Origin: an uncultured Chloroflexia bacterium
GTDB taxonomy: Bacteria; Chloroflexota; UBA6077; JACCZL01
Assembly: GCA_963765765.1 (NCBI GenBank)
Contig: CAVXYC010000015.1
Span: 448,001 to 512,000 of the forward strand
Direction of reading: 5' to 3'
DNA length: 64,000 bases
This document shows, in pieces, positions 18,931 through 29,517 of the stretch. Positions within the stretch are counted from its first letter, which is position 1; every line of letters begins with the position of its first letter. The notes under the pieces are model-generated. The model was given only the letters and a program-made list of their open reading frames with translations. It did no database searches and was not told the origin of the DNA. The position numbers and the translations under genes were made by a program.

Positions 18931-20837
18931 GCTGCCACGCATGTGGCTGAGGTTTTGGCGGTATCGATGAATGCCTGGTGCCAGAGCTCGAGAATCAACA
19001 GCGCCCACAGACGCGGGGCATAGTCTGCCCGACCTTCTACGTGCTCATCAACCATCCGATGAATGGCATCTGGCTGAAAGTATCCGCGCGCAATTGCCCG
19101 GTCGCTCAGCAGCACTTCCTGAGTCATCGGCCGCAGCTCACCTCGAAACCATCGCGCGAGCGGTACGCCGAAGCCCGACTTTTTCCGATTCAGGATTGCC
19201 AACGGAATTCGACGCTCCATCGCCCGCTTGAGCAAGTACTTCGATCGTCCGCCACGAATTTTGAGGTCAAGGGGAAGCCGTGCTGCGAATTCAGCAATTC
19301 GATAGTCGAGAAATGGAGAGCGTCCCTCAAGCGAGTTGGCCATAGTGGCGATATCGACCTTCACCAGAAGGTCATCGGGCAGATAGGAAGCCACGTCCAA
19401 TTTCATGGCCACATCGGCCACGTTGAGGGTGCCGGGGTTGCGAAATGGATTGCTAAGACGCTCGTCGGCGCGATTCTCGACGACGGTGCTCTTGAACCAG
19501 TCGCTGTAGCACGCGCCTTTTTCATCCGCGGGTAGGATGCCCATCCAGCGGGCATATTGTTCCCCCGGGGGAGCGGCCACACCACCGAGAAAGCGGCGTG
19601 CGCGTCCGGGAATGGTGCGCTGTCCGGCCGCGGCGGGGAAAAGCTCGGAAGCGCGGCGATACGCGTCATTCGGAAGCGGAATTCGTTGCCGTGTGGCTTG
19701 AGCCAATATCAGCGCACGGTAGCGATCGTAGCCACCGAACATCTCGTCGCCACCATCGCCGTTGAGCGCCACGGTGACAAATTGTCTAGTGACCCTTGCG
19801 AGCTCAAATGTCGGCAGCGCCGATGAGTCGGCATACGGTTCGCCATAATGTTGAACGAGCCGCGGCAGCATCTCCGTGGCGCTCGGATCTACGATGAACT
19901 CGTGGTGCTCAGTACCGTAACGCTGCGCGACCAGGCGAGCTAGTGGCAGCTCGTTGTAAGCGGCGTCTCTAAATCCTATGGAAAATGTCTTCACGCGGTC
20001 ATGCCCCGCTTCCGCCATGGCCGCCACAACTGACGCCGAGTCGATGCCGCCACTGAGGAAGGCGCCCAGGGGCACGTCCGAAATCAGCCGCAATCGCACT
20101 GCATCCTCGAACAATGCATCGAACTGATCGATGGCCTCGCCCTCAGTGATTGCTAATTTAGGCTCAAACTCCAGCGACCAGTATTGACGTATGCGCGCCT
20201 CGCCACGCTCCCAGACGAGCATGTGACCCGGGGGTAACTTACGGATCTGACGAAATCCAGTTCGGGGCGACGGTACATATCCGAGCGTCAGGTAGTCATC
20301 AATCGCCTGAGGATCGATCTCACGATGCACTAACGGATGCTGAAGCACGGCGCGGAACTCCGAGCCGAAGACCAGCGTATCCGCCTCTTGAACGATCAAA
20401 AGGGGTTTCTTGCCAAGCCGGTCTCGAGCAAGCACCAGTCGCTGACGGGGTTCGTCCCACAGGGCCAGCGCAAACATGCCGTTCAAGCGATCCAGGAAGT
20501 CTTCTCCCCAGGCCAGATAGCTCTGCACGACCACTTCGGTGTCACCCTGCGTATGGAACTGATGTCCCATGCGCTCGAGCTCGGCGCGAACGTCCTGAAA
20601 GTTGTAGATCTCACCGTTGAAGACGATGGTGATCTGACCATCAGCGGATCGGACCGGCTGATCGCCCGTGGTGAGGTCGATGATCGAGAGTCGTCGAGCA
20701 CCTAGTGCTACCTGATGTCCGATGAACGTACCTTCGCTATCCGGCCCACGGTGATGAATCGCGTCGCACATTCGATGCAACAGCGATTCATCCGGTCGAT
20801 CCGTCGCGCAGCTCACCCAACCGGCGATCCCGCACAT
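18927..20837 (-). CDS. asnB: Asparagine synthase-like glutamine amidotransferase (probable glycan amidation)
   Basis: MCGIAG N-terminus, HRGPD, FNGEIYN, LSGGIDS and GDGGDE motifs; TAATG overlap with the upstream gene. Confidence 0.93.
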   Translation of the reverse strand: MCGIAGWVSCATDRPDESLLHRMCDAIHHRGPDSEGTFIGHQVALGARRLSIIDLTTGDQPVRSADGQITIVFNGEIYNFQDVRAELERMGHQFHTQGDTEVVVQSYLAWGEDFLDRLNGMFALALWDEPRQRLVLARDRLGKKPLLIVQEADTLVFGSEFRAVLQHPLVHREIDPQAIDDYLTLGYVPSPRTGFRQIRKLPPGHMLVWERGEARIRQYWSLEFEPKLAITEGEAIDQFDALFEDAVRLRLISDVPLGAFLSGGIDSASVVAAMAEAGHDRVKTFSIGFRDAAYNELPLARLVAQRYGTEHHEFIVDPSATEMLPRLVQHYGEPYADSSALPTFELARVTRQFVTVALNGDGGDEMFGGYDRYRALILAQATRQRIPLPNDAYRRASELFPAAAGQRTIPGRARRFLGGVAAPPGEQYARWMGILPADEKGACYSDWFKSTVVENRADERLSNPFRNPGTLNVADVAMKLDVASYLPDDLLVKVDIATMANSLEGRSPFLDYRIAEFAARLPLDLKIRGGRSKYLLKRAMERRIPLAILNRKKSGFGVPLARWFRGELRPMTQEVLLSDRAIARGYFQPDAIHRMVDEHVEGRADYAPRLWALLILELWHQAFIDTAKTSATCVAA

Positions 20838-21724
20838 TAGACAGCGACCTGTGCTGGTTTCGCCAAGACTGCGAGATCCATGGCCAAGGGGCCAAATCGG
20901 CGGGTGGTAGCGAACTCGAGCTGAGCTGCTATATGCCCCAGCGATCGGGCTGCTTTCTTCCACGCGGCGCCATCCTGGATTGGGCGAGGAACGAAGTAAT
21001 CATCCACCCTGAATCCGGACCTGTTTAGCGTTCTGCGCAAGGTGCTCAAACTGTAATGTGCCACATGCTCCTTGGCGTCAAAGATCTCGACCTGAAGCCC
21101 CAGGGCGGCTGCCACTTTGAATTTGGCGACGTAGTACGCGACGTTGGGGACTTTGATAAATAGCACGCCGTTTGGCTTCATCACTCGACGAATCTCTTGC
21201 AGTAGCGTCGATGGCTGGTCGATGTGCTCGAATACGTCCACCAGCGTCACCACGTCAAACGACTGGTCAGGAAACGCGGCCTCGCTCAGTGTGCCCTGTA
21301 CGATGTTCAGGCCAAAGTACTCTCGAGCTAGCTCACATGCATTTTGAGAGGGCTCAACGCCAGTGAGCTCCCAGCTCATTCCGCGCGCTCGCCGTAGAAA
21401 AAAACCGCAATGGCTCCCCACATCCAGGAGTCGACCAGCAGGTTTGATCTCCGCGATGACACGCAGTTCCTGATCGTAATTGGCATCGCGATTGTGCCCG
21501 GCTTCGCCCCTCAGAATGGATCCGTACTTCCGCATGATCGATTCAGGCTCGCCCAGGTAATGGTCCTGGGGATGGGCCAAGCGGGGAGATGTGAAAACAA
21601 GTCGACAGCGCTGACACTGCGCGATGCCGAGCGGTCCTTCAGAGGCAAGTAAACGGCGGCGATCGGCGCCGCACGCCGGGCATGCGACCTCAATCAATGT
21701 GTCCGCGGCGACAAGTGTACTCAC
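20837..21724 (-). CDS. Class I SAM-dependent methyltransferase with N-terminal CxxC..CxxC
   Basis: CPAC/CQRC, LLDVGSHCG, VFEH and KVPN motifs. Confidence 0.88.
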   Translation of the reverse strand: MSTLVAADTLIEVACPACGADRRRLLASEGPLGIAQCQRCRLVFTSPRLAHPQDHYLGEPESIMRKYGSILRGEAGHNRDANYDQELRVIAEIKPAGRLLDVGSHCGFFLRRARGMSWELTGVEPSQNACELAREYFGLNIVQGTLSEAAFPDQSFDVVTLVDVFEHIDQPSTLLQEIRRVMKPNGVLFIKVPNVAYYVAKFKVAAALGLQVEIFDAKEHVAHYSLSTLRRTLNRSGFRVDDYFVPRPIQDGAAWKKAARSLGHIAAQLEFATTRRFGPLAMDLAVLAKPAQVAV

Positions 21725-22857
21725 GCGACGCGTTCTCCCGCGGCTGCTGGCGCAAGCTCATCGTAGAGACGCTCGAAGTGGCCAACCATCGTAGAAAGGC
21801 TGAAATTACTTTCCACACGCTCGCGACCGGCTCTGCCCATGACAAAGGCCGCATCGGGATTCTGGAGGAGGTTCTGGATCGCCTGGGCCAGCGCGGCTGC
21901 ATTGCCCGGCGGAACGAGCCGGCCGGTTTGTCCATCAAGCACGATCTCCGGAATCGGGCCGACGCTGGAGGCCACCACCGGTAATCCAAGCGCCATCGCC
22001 TCGATGAGCACGAGGCCAAAACCTTCCCATAGCGACGGTAGCAGGAAAAGGTCTACGTCTTCCGTGAGCACGGCGATATCAGCGCGAAAGCCAAGGAATG
22101 TGACGTGCTCTCCGATTCCGAGCTGCCTGGCGTAGTTTGAAAGCTCAGCGATGGTCAGATCGTCCTCGTGTCCGATCACAAATAGGTGGACGTTAGGAAT
22201 AGCAGCCGCTACCAGTTTGACCGCTTCCAGAAGCGTATGATGGCCCTTCTGCGATGCCAGGCGCGCAACGATCGCCAGCTTGTTGGTGCGGGGCTGTTGT
22301 GCTCGGTGATACGGATACTCGGCCGTGTCGATGCCGTAGTAGATCCGCTCAACTGGCGCAGCGTCGGAACCGAGCCGATCGCGTGCGAATTCAGTGACCG
22401 CGTCCGAGATGGAGATGATTCGGTCCATCTTGGATGCGCTCCACGCGCCAAGTCGTCGCAGCACCGGGTGATCGTACAGCGGGTCGGTGTTGTGGATGCT
22501 ACGGATAAGCCGGGGCCGCGGGTTGGCTGACCCGGCCCAGAAGGCCGCTCCAAGCTCTGCTCGCAGTGAGTGCGTGTGCACAATGTCGAATTGATGGCGT
22601 CGCATCAATTCACCCAGCCGCCAGAACGCGCCCGGATCATTGCGTCCCCGTGCTGCGAGATCGATGGTGGTCACGCCAGCCTTCCGGAAATCGTCGACCA
22701 TGACATGAGCGGAATCGGGCTGCTCTTCAAAATAGGCCAGCCAGGCCTCGTACCGGTCAGCGGGCAAATGCCGAAGCAACGTGAGCACATGCTGCTCACA
22801 ACCACCCACCGTACAGCAGGAGGTGACATGCAGCACACGCTTGCGTTCGGCGATCAC
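21721..22857 (-). CDS. Glycosyltransferase family 4
   Basis: GGCE, ARLASQKGH and PSLWEGFGLVLIEAMA motifs. Confidence 0.92.
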   Translation of the reverse strand: MIAERKRVLHVTSCCTVGGCEQHVLTLLRHLPADRYEAWLAYFEEQPDSAHVMVDDFRKAGVTTIDLAARGRNDPGAFWRLGELMRRHQFDIVHTHSLRAELGAAFWAGSANPRPRLIRSIHNTDPLYDHPVLRRLGAWSASKMDRIISISDAVTEFARDRLGSDAAPVERIYYGIDTAEYPYHRAQQPRTNKLAIVARLASQKGHHTLLEAVKLVAAAIPNVHLFVIGHEDDLTIAELSNYARQLGIGEHVTFLGFRADIAVLTEDVDLFLLPSLWEGFGLVLIEAMALGLPVVASSVGPIPEIVLDGQTGRLVPPGNAAALAQAIQNLLQNPDAAFVMGRAGRERVESNFSLSTMVGHFERLYDELAPAAAGERVA

Positions 22858-23754
22858 GCGAGGGCGGCGCTCAGCGAACGATAGCTGATGGGCTGAATCC
22901 CCTCGTCACTAATGAGCTGCCGCAGGTACTTGCTCGTCAAGACGCGAATCTCGTCTTCCCGCCAGAGAGCCGCTTTACGCCCCCCATCCAGGAATACTTC
23001 GAGGCGGTCATCGCTGAACCCGCAATGGGCCATCAGCTCGGTGACGCCCTCCTGCGTGTTCTTCAGGTCGAACGCGAGCGCCTCACCCAGATTAGGGTTG
23101 CGCCGCATGCTATTGAACGTGCTCAAGAAGTAGTCACTGGTTGGAATCTGCCACGATCTCAGCCATGCTCGATACCGGCGTGCAAGTCCGTTGATGACCT
23201 GGTGTTTGAAGTACGCCTCGCTCATCACATAGCGCTTGTAAAGGCTGGACGAAGAGAACGCACCCTGCGGCATCGCCTCATCCTGGAGTCGAACGGGTAG
23301 ACCGGTGCTCGCGAGCAAGCGGCAGAAGTACTCGGAAGATCGACGGGTGCATGTAGATCGACTCGTGACTGTCTAGGTGGCTCGGCACAATTCCAGCCTT
23401 GATGACCTTGTCCACCTGCGCGCGGAACTCCGCCGCCACCTCCGAAAGCTCGATCTTGCCCAGGAGCAAACGTCGCAGAAATGGCGCGCGCCGATAGAAC
23501 TGACCATGTTCACTTACCAGTGAGGGCACACGCTCTGGTGGAAGGATTGGACCGCCGTAAGTGATGTTCAGATGAACGCCCACGGCCAGGTCGTCATGCT
23601 CACGAGCGAGCTCGACTGCATCGTCGAAGGCCCACATGTTAGGGAGCATGGTCGTATCCGTCACGATGCCGTACTTGTGGGCCTGAATGATCCCCTCGTT
23701 GATTCCTTCGGTCAGGCCGAACTCGTCAACGTTTACGATCAGCCATCGCTTCAT
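22854..23754 (-). CDS. ChbG/YdjC-family carbohydrate deacetylase, frameshift at ~23305
   Basis: IVNVDEFG, GVHLN and HLDSHE in the first frame; TELMAH..WREDE in the second frame. Confidence 0.85.
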
Positions 23755-24869
23755 CTCGGGGCTCCTTCGGTCAGCGTTTCGATGGCTGTCGCCATGTGGT
23801 TCAACTGTGGATGGGTCAGGCTCTGGTGAACGGGCATGATCAGAATCTCTCGTGAGAGCTTGTGTGCGTCCGGGAACTCATCTTCAGTTACTTCGCGCGG
23901 AAGTCGCTCCCAGTAAGCGCGGACGTTGATTCCCCGCTGAAGGAAGTGACGTCGCGCGTGCTCGCGATTCTGACACAGCACTGGAAGTCCGAGCGGGCAC
24001 ACCCCATCATTGAGTGTAGGAACCAACGAGCGTAAGTATGGCTGGGAAGCTACAGCTTTGGCGAGCCGGTCAAAGTTCTCGCGGCGCCGGGCACGAACGA
24101 GCTCGCCATTCGTCCGCTCCAGCAGCTGATAGCTGAAATCCGAGCCAGATTCTCGTCGAAAGTCGGGACTGCGATCGCGATCCTGGATCGATTCCCGCAG
24201 ATCGCCGCGCATCAGGAGCGAAAGCCGAGGGGACCAACCAACAATCGTTTCGAGCGTCGGCAGCATACGATAGGCCATGCGCGCGGCAAGTGCCTGCGGT
24301 CGGTGCTCCTGCAGTGGCTCGGGGCGCACCAGTCGACTGTCGTGAAGGGCGAGAATGCCGCCATCTGGGAGTGGCAGTGACTTCCAAGGGCTGTAGATCG
24401 CCGCGTGTCCTTGATGCCCGAGAGGCGCCGTTCCATTGAAGCTAAAGAGGGCATGGGCGCAATCCTCGATGAGCCAGAGCCCCCGCTCATCGCACAGACA
24501 TCTGATCTCATCAAGGGCCGTTGGAACACCGTAGTAGTGCGGAACGACGACCGCCGCGCTGTTCGGCGTGAGCGATGAGCGGATTCGCTCAGCGTCGATC
24601 TCCAGTGATGGACCCGTGGCGTAGAAGCGCGGCAATGCGCCAACCGCTTCGATCGGACCGAGTACAGAGTCGCAGATAAATGACGGTAATAGAACATCGT
24701 GCTGCGCCCCCACGCCCATTGAGTTGAGTGCCCCCCATAGCGCAATACGGCCGCGGGCGTAGTACGGCGCCCCGTAGGGAATCTGCCGCTTGAGGAGCGA
24801 ATTGTCCTCCTGGACGTAGGGGCTGAAGAGCTCGGCTCTGGTCAGAATTGGATCGGCTGCAACGTACAC
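23751..24869 (-). CDS. DegT/DnrJ-like PLP-dependent aminotransferase
   Basis: PHYYG, IEDCAHA, YSPWK (catalytic Lys) and MPVHQ motifs. Confidence 0.85.
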   Translation of the reverse strand: MYVAADPILTRAELFSPYVQEDNSLLKRQIPYGAPYYARGRIALWGALNSMGVGAQHDVLLPSFICDSVLGPIEAVGALPRFYATGPSLEIDAERIRSSLTPNSAAVVVPHYYGVPTALDEIRCLCDERGLWLIEDCAHALFSFNGTAPLGHQGHAAIYSPWKSLPLPDGGILALHDSRLVRPEPLQEHRPQALAARMAYRMLPTLETIVGWSPRLSLLMRGDLRESIQDRDRSPDFRRESGSDFSYQLLERTNGELVRARRRENFDRLAKAVASQPYLRSLVPTLNDGVCPLGLPVLCQNREHARRHFLQRGINVRAYWERLPREVTEDEFPDAHKLSREILIMPVHQSLTHPQLNHMATAIETLTEGAPR

Positions 24870-24875
24870 GAGGGG

Positions 24876-26021
24876 TCAGCGCTCTGACGAAGTGCCATTG
24901 AGTAGCGCCGAAAGGCCGTGGCGACGAATTGCCATGAGCCGTGGCGATTCTCGAACGCGATTCTTCAACGCATGGTACCCCAGCGTTTGGATGAGCCACA
25001 GTCGTCCTGTTCTACCGGGGCGAGCCGCGATGACCGTGTGGACGCGTTCCTGTCCCGTGGCCCAGACTGCCTTGTACGGCTCATCCCCGAGCATGAAATC
25101 GAAGCGTGTTGCGCCCTTTTCAGATGCGTACTCCATCAAGTGCACAAGCAGTAGCGTACTGGGCGCGTACGTCGGATATCCGGGGTGCCAGGCGGGTAAA
25201 TAGTAGCCGTACTCATTGGCGTGGCGAAGTCCAATGGCGGATGCGATCACCCGGTCGTTGAGCGTCAGTACGGCGAAGTCACCAAAGCTATTTCTGATAG
25301 CCGCCGGAATACTGGCGCGATAGAACGCTCTTCCGAGCGCTGATGAGGAGAACACTGTGCTCGTGCGCTGACCATGCCAGCGTCGAGCATGCAATGCCAT
25401 TGCTTCCTCGACGAGTCGCGGCGCCTCGTCGGCCGACGGATGCTCGTAGCGAACGATTCCGTGCTGACGCAGCCGACGCTCGCGAGATCGGATGTTGTAG
25501 CGAGCCTGCGAGCCGCGCGAGCGGTAGTACGCGTCAAATCCATCGGGCATGGACACGGATGGGCACACAAGGCCCGGTAGAAGCCGTGTAGTGAGCCCGT
25601 GATGCTCCATCCGTCTGGCGATGATCCGAGCGCTCGCTTCATCACGCCACCCCGGAAGCTCGAGGCCGATCCAATTGCGCTCAGATACGATCGAGTCAAC
25701 GAGCCTCTCCAGGACATCCTTCCGCAAGCCCGGCGTCTCCGGCACGAGCCAGTCTGTGTAGTCACTCACACCTTCTCCCGCCGGACGGAGCACCGCGCCA
25801 AGCGCGGTCGCACGCAGAGCCAGTGGCGCGACGCCCTGGAGCTCGGAACCGTTCTGAGCCATCGCCAGTAAGGGTTGACTGTCGCGGCCCAGCGAGTCCC
25901 ACCAGGGCGCAATCCATTCCGGATGGCTAAAGCCGATAGCGCTCGGAATCGCCGTCCAGAGTGCTCGCCAGGCCTCGTGCGTTGATTCAGCTTCCCGCTT
26001 CCGCAGGACCGTAACTGTCAC
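24876..26021 (-). CDS. GNAT acyltransferase (CelD/BcsL-like)
   Basis: SDYTD, APSTLL and FDFMLGDEPYK motifs. Confidence 0.85.
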   Translation of the reverse strand: MTVTVLRKREAESTHEAWRALWTAIPSAIGFSHPEWIAPWWDSLGRDSQPLLAMAQNGSELQGVAPLALRATALGAVLRPAGEGVSDYTDWLVPETPGLRKDVLERLVDSIVSERNWIGLELPGWRDEASARIIARRMEHHGLTTRLLPGLVCPSVSMPDGFDAYYRSRGSQARYNIRSRERRLRQHGIVRYEHPSADEAPRLVEEAMALHARRWHGQRTSTVFSSSALGRAFYRASIPAAIRNSFGDFAVLTLNDRVIASAIGLRHANEYGYYLPAWHPGYPTYAPSTLLLVHLMEYASEKGATRFDFMLGDEPYKAVWATGQERVHTVIAARPGRTGRLWLIQTLGYHALKNRVRESPRLMAIRRHGLSALLNGTSSER

Positions 26022-26762
26022 GTGTGTGACTCGCGTCGGCGAAACTTCGCTGCCAACACGCGTGCCAGCGGTCTGCCGAACGATCTACCGATACGTTCCA
26101 TTCGCAGATAAGTTTCGGTCGAGACCCGATTTCCCAATGGCGGGTAGGTATTGAAATACACCACCTTCTCGAGATCCAGCCCCGCCTGTGCGAAGTGCTG
26201 TCTGAGTCCAATGGGGCCCACGTGATAGACCTTGTCTCGTCGCTGATAGCGTGTCCAGATCCGCCAGCCCGCCCCGGGGTTCAGCACGGTGTTGTAGATG
26301 CTCAGGTTTCGGAAGTCGATGATCGCGACACCACCCGGACGGAGGACTCGCGCTACCTCGCGCTCCGCGCCCTCGTACGATGCCGCGCTGGCATATCCGA
26401 AACTGATGACCGCGTCGAATGAGGCATCCTTGAATCCGAGGTGGTAACAGTCACCTCGAACGCTCTGAATATGGCTCGAGAGGCCCGCGGCCTGAACGGC
26501 TGACTGCGCGGTCGAGACGGCTCGCTCCGAAAGGTCGACTGCTGCGATTGAAGCATTCAACCTCTGGCTTACCATGACGGCCACCTCACCCAGGCCGCAG
26601 CCGAGATCGAGTATTCGATCCACGCATTCTTCACGCAATAGATCCACGGCGAGACTCGCGGAGATAGTGAGGGTGGCCCGTGCGCGCATTGTCCGCGGTG
26701 GGGTGAGTCCAGAATTGATCCCAGAACGTCGATGTTCGGCGATCCAGGTCAGCGTTGGTCAA
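26018..26762 (-). CDS. Class I SAM-dependent methyltransferase, probable frameshift at ~26678
   Basis: LDLGCGLG and RVLRPGG motifs; FWDQFW N-terminus lies in an adjacent frame from TTG 26762. Confidence 0.82.
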
Positions 26763-27477
26763 GACGTTCCATGTAGCTTGGTGTGAACTGACGCACGCGC
26801 TTTTCCGGATACGCGAAATTCGGGTCTCGTCGCGCCACCACCAGGGCCGAGATGCCAATCTCCTTGAAGATCGGCTCCAGGGGCCTCAGCAAGCGTCCAC
26901 CACGCGCCGCTACGAATGCCGTCTCCAGCACGGTGTAGCCTGCTCGTTGGACCATGAACTCCGCGGTGCGCGGCGTAAACGCGTAGATGTGCTCCGCGGC
27001 CATGTAGCCGTTGTGGCCGATAACCCACTTGATTAACCAATCGAGCGGACGGGAGGGCGGGATTGTGGGCACCATCATGAAGATGAGCCCGGTTGGCCTG
27101 AGGGCTTCATGCAGCCGGAGCAGAAGGAGGTGCGGGGCCACGAGATGCTCGATGATGTTTGAGCAATAGGCCGCATCGAACTGGCGGTCCAGCTCCGGGA
27201 GCGAGTCCTCCACGTTTGCAAGCTGTGCGTTGAGACCTTGCGCCCGCACGGCTTCGACATTTGCTTCCACGGCGTCCAGACCGAGGCTGCCTGGGCCGAA
27301 ATGAGCCAGATGGTCACCTCGTCCGCAACCCACGTCCAGGACTGAAAGGTTATCTGCCCCGTACTGGGAGCAAAGGAATCGAACCGCGCGCGTGGGCGGA
27401 GCCGAGTTGTGCATGACGATATATTCCCTGAGGCTGCGACCTCGCGACAATGGGAGGCCAGTTGGGACCGCCGACAT
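26749..27477 (-). CDS. Class I SAM-dependent methyltransferase
   Basis: VLDVGCGRG, IIEHL and LRPTG motifs. Confidence 0.85.
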   Translation of the reverse strand: MSAVPTGLPLSRGRSLREYIVMHNSAPPTRAVRFLCSQYGADNLSVLDVGCGRGDHLAHFGPGSLGLDAVEANVEAVRAQGLNAQLANVEDSLPELDRQFDAAYCSNIIEHLVAPHLLLLRLHEALRPTGLIFMMVPTIPPSRPLDWLIKWVIGHNGYMAAEHIYAFTPRTAEFMVQRAGYTVLETAFVAARGGRLLRPLEPIFKEIGISALVVARRDPNFAYPEKRVRQFTPSYMERLDQR

Positions 27478-27495
27478 CCTGTCGGCGGTCCCAGC
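27461..27495. repeat. REP-like hairpin covering the predicted methyltransferase start codon
   Basis: TGGGACCGCCGACA-TCC-TGTCGGCGGTCCCA, perfect 14-bp stem. Confidence 0.85.
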
Positions 27496-27501
27496 CGTGC
27501 T

Positions 27502-27510
27502 TGCTATGCT
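27502..27510 (+). promoter_or_regulatory. Putative extended -10 (TGcTATGCT) for the MFS gene
   Basis: TGnTAnnnT 18 nt upstream of TTG 27529. Confidence 0.4.
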
Positions 27511-27528
27511 CTGTCGCCTGGAGATTCA

Positions 27529-28749
27529 TTGACTGATTCTGCTTCTACATCGACTACATCGACCGAGTCGCGTGGACCAGCGCCCGGACTCTTTTCGGTC
27601 GAGTTTGGACTGATTTGCGCCGCGCAATTTCTCAGTTACGCTAGCAATCTGATGGTGGATCCGGTCCTTTCCCTTTACCTGGCGTCGGTTGGCTACTCAA
27701 CAACTCTGATCGGCGTCATTATTGCCGCCTTCAGCATCATGTCCTTCGCAACGCGCCCCTTTGTGGGGCGCGGAGTTGACGTCTGGAGCCCACGAGCGAT
27801 CTATGTAATCGGCGGGCTCGCTCTCGCAACGGGAAGTTTTTCTTACATCTTCCCGATATTTGGATTGTTGCTCATCGCTCGGATGATTCACGGCCTTGGC
27901 TGGGGCTGCATCAACACCGCGGGGGCAGCGTTGGCGACTGAGGCAGGGCCACCGCACCGTCGCGGTGAGGCCCTGGGCTACTTCTCGGCGATGCCAAGCC
28001 TGGCAGCAACCAGCGCACCGGCGCTTGCCTATTGGTTGGCGAGCCATCATGGATTTCACCTGGTCTTCGCTGTGTCAGGAACGCTGGCATTATTCGCCGC
28101 AGCCACTGCGTGGCGCATTCGAAATCCGCCGCGGCCGCAGGGTAGCCCGTCGTCAGGCGGCTTCTGGTCAACGCTTATCGAGCCGACGGTCTGGCTACCG
28201 ACGACGCTGAATCTATTGTTCACGATTACCCAGGCCACAACGACGATTTACCTGGCACTCTACGCTCGATCGCGCGGCGTTGAAGACGTTTCCTTGTTCT
28301 TCCTGGCATCGGGAATCACGCTCTTTGCTTTTAGTCTCCTCGCTCGCTGGTCCGATCGTTGGGGCCGATCGCCCGTCATTGCGGCGTCGTTCCTGTTCGG
28401 ACTGGCGGGCCTCACCGCCATCCTTCTCGCCGACTCTCTTCCAATGCTCATGACGGGAGGGGTGCTCTTCTCGATCGGATTTGGCCTCGTTGCTCCGACG
28501 CTCATCGCCTTCGCGGTAGACAAAGCTCCGGCAGCGCGGCGTGGGGCAGGGCTGGCAACGTTTACGGCGTCATACCAGGTGGCGTACGCAGTTGCCGCGC
28601 TGCTCTGGGGATTCGTCATAGACCGCTGGGGCTTCCAAACAATGTTTCAGCTCGCGTTCGTGCCGCTTGGCTTGGGTCTGGTGTTGGTGATGAGTCACTG
28701 GGGATCTGGTCTGTCCGGGATCTCAAATACTTCCCCGTCCGGGGATTAG
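27529..28749 (+). CDS. MFS transporter
   Basis: About 12 TM segments; motif-A-like GRGVDVW and SDRWGR; RRGEALG. Confidence 0.9.
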   Translation: MTDSASTSTTSTESRGPAPGLFSVEFGLICAAQFLSYASNLMVDPVLSLYLASVGYSTTLIGVIIAAFSIMSFATRPFVGRGVDVWSPRAIYVIGGLALATGSFSYIFPIFGLLLIARMIHGLGWGCINTAGAALATEAGPPHRRGEALGYFSAMPSLAATSAPALAYWLASHHGFHLVFAVSGTLALFAAATAWRIRNPPRPQGSPSSGGFWSTLIEPTVWLPTTLNLLFTITQATTTIYLALYARSRGVEDVSLFFLASGITLFAFSLLARWSDRWGRSPVIAASFLFGLAGLTAILLADSLPMLMTGGVLFSIGFGLVAPTLIAFAVDKAPAARRGAGLATFTASYQVAYAVAALLWGFVIDRWGFQTMFQLAFVPLGLGLVLVMSHWGSGLSGISNTSPSGD

Positions 28750-28771
28750 CGCAAGGGAAGGCAGCGTTGCA

Positions 28772-28777
28772 TATACT
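28772..28777 (+). promoter_or_regulatory. Putative -10 TATACT, leaderless geometry
   Basis: TATACT-N7-ATG(28785), no SD. Confidence 0.5.
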
Positions 28778-28784
28778 GCCGTAC

Positions 28785-29444
28785 ATGCGACCCTTTGCCC
28801 ATCGGTTCATAGCTGCTCTAGCGATGCCTATCGTGTTGGGAGGATTCCTGGTGGCGCCCGTGCTCGCTCAGGGAAATGCCGTCGACGTTCTTCCAAACGC
28901 CGACGCGATTGTTGGACTCTTACGCGGACTCGAGTTCCGTGCTGAGTCCTTCGATGTGGCAAGAGGTGATTGGACTGAATCCGCGGGTTTTACAGTGCCT
29001 GACGAGCAGGATGTGGTAGTTCACACGTTGGTGACATATGTGGCCACGCTTCCATCCATACTGGAAGCGCGTAATTTCTTCCAATCTCGAGCGCGTCAGC
29101 TAGAGCTGGACAATGAGATGACGCACGCCTGGAATACACCAAAATCGGAAAATCTTGGTGCCGATGATAGTCGCGAGTTCCGCATCATCTACGTCGATAT
29201 CGCCAGTCGGTCCCGCTCAGCGGAATACGCCCGACTTATGCGACGCGGTCCGATTGTGGGTCTCGTAGAGGTCGTTGGAAGTCCGGCGATCGACGACGAG
29301 GGACAGATCGACGAAGGTAGGCGTTCTATCCTGCTGAGCGTGGCCCAGCTCTTAATGTCTCGCATGGCTCAGGCGCCGATCCCGCCGATGAATGAAGCGG
29401 GTAGCCAGTCGCTGGTGTCACTCGGTTTCCCCGCGCCGAGCTAG
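28785..29444 (+). CDS. Secreted hypothetical protein
   Basis: Signal peptide MRPFAHRFIAALAMPIVLGGFLVAPVLA-Q. Confidence 0.65.
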   Translation: MRPFAHRFIAALAMPIVLGGFLVAPVLAQGNAVDVLPNADAIVGLLRGLEFRAESFDVARGDWTESAGFTVPDEQDVVVHTLVTYVATLPSILEARNFFQSRARQLELDNEMTHAWNTPKSENLGADDSREFRIIYVDIASRSRSAEYARLMRRGPIVGLVEVVGSPAIDDEGQIDEGRRSILLSVAQLLMSRMAQAPIPPMNEAGSQSLVSLGFPAPS

Positions 29445-29517
29445 CGTCTCCGGCCGATAGAGGGTTGAATGCTCGGTCAAAGCAGACGCCACCCGACACA
29501 TGAATGGCCACTGAGCA

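Noticed and set aside
26631-26762. Another bridging mini-ORF between two methyltransferases
   Set aside because: FWDQFW looks like a real methyltransferase N-terminus; one extra G explains it as a frameshift
28359-28784. N-terminal 142 aa of ORF 28359-29444
   Set aside because: Overlaps the MFS gene in another frame; the signal peptide and -10 element point to ATG 28785
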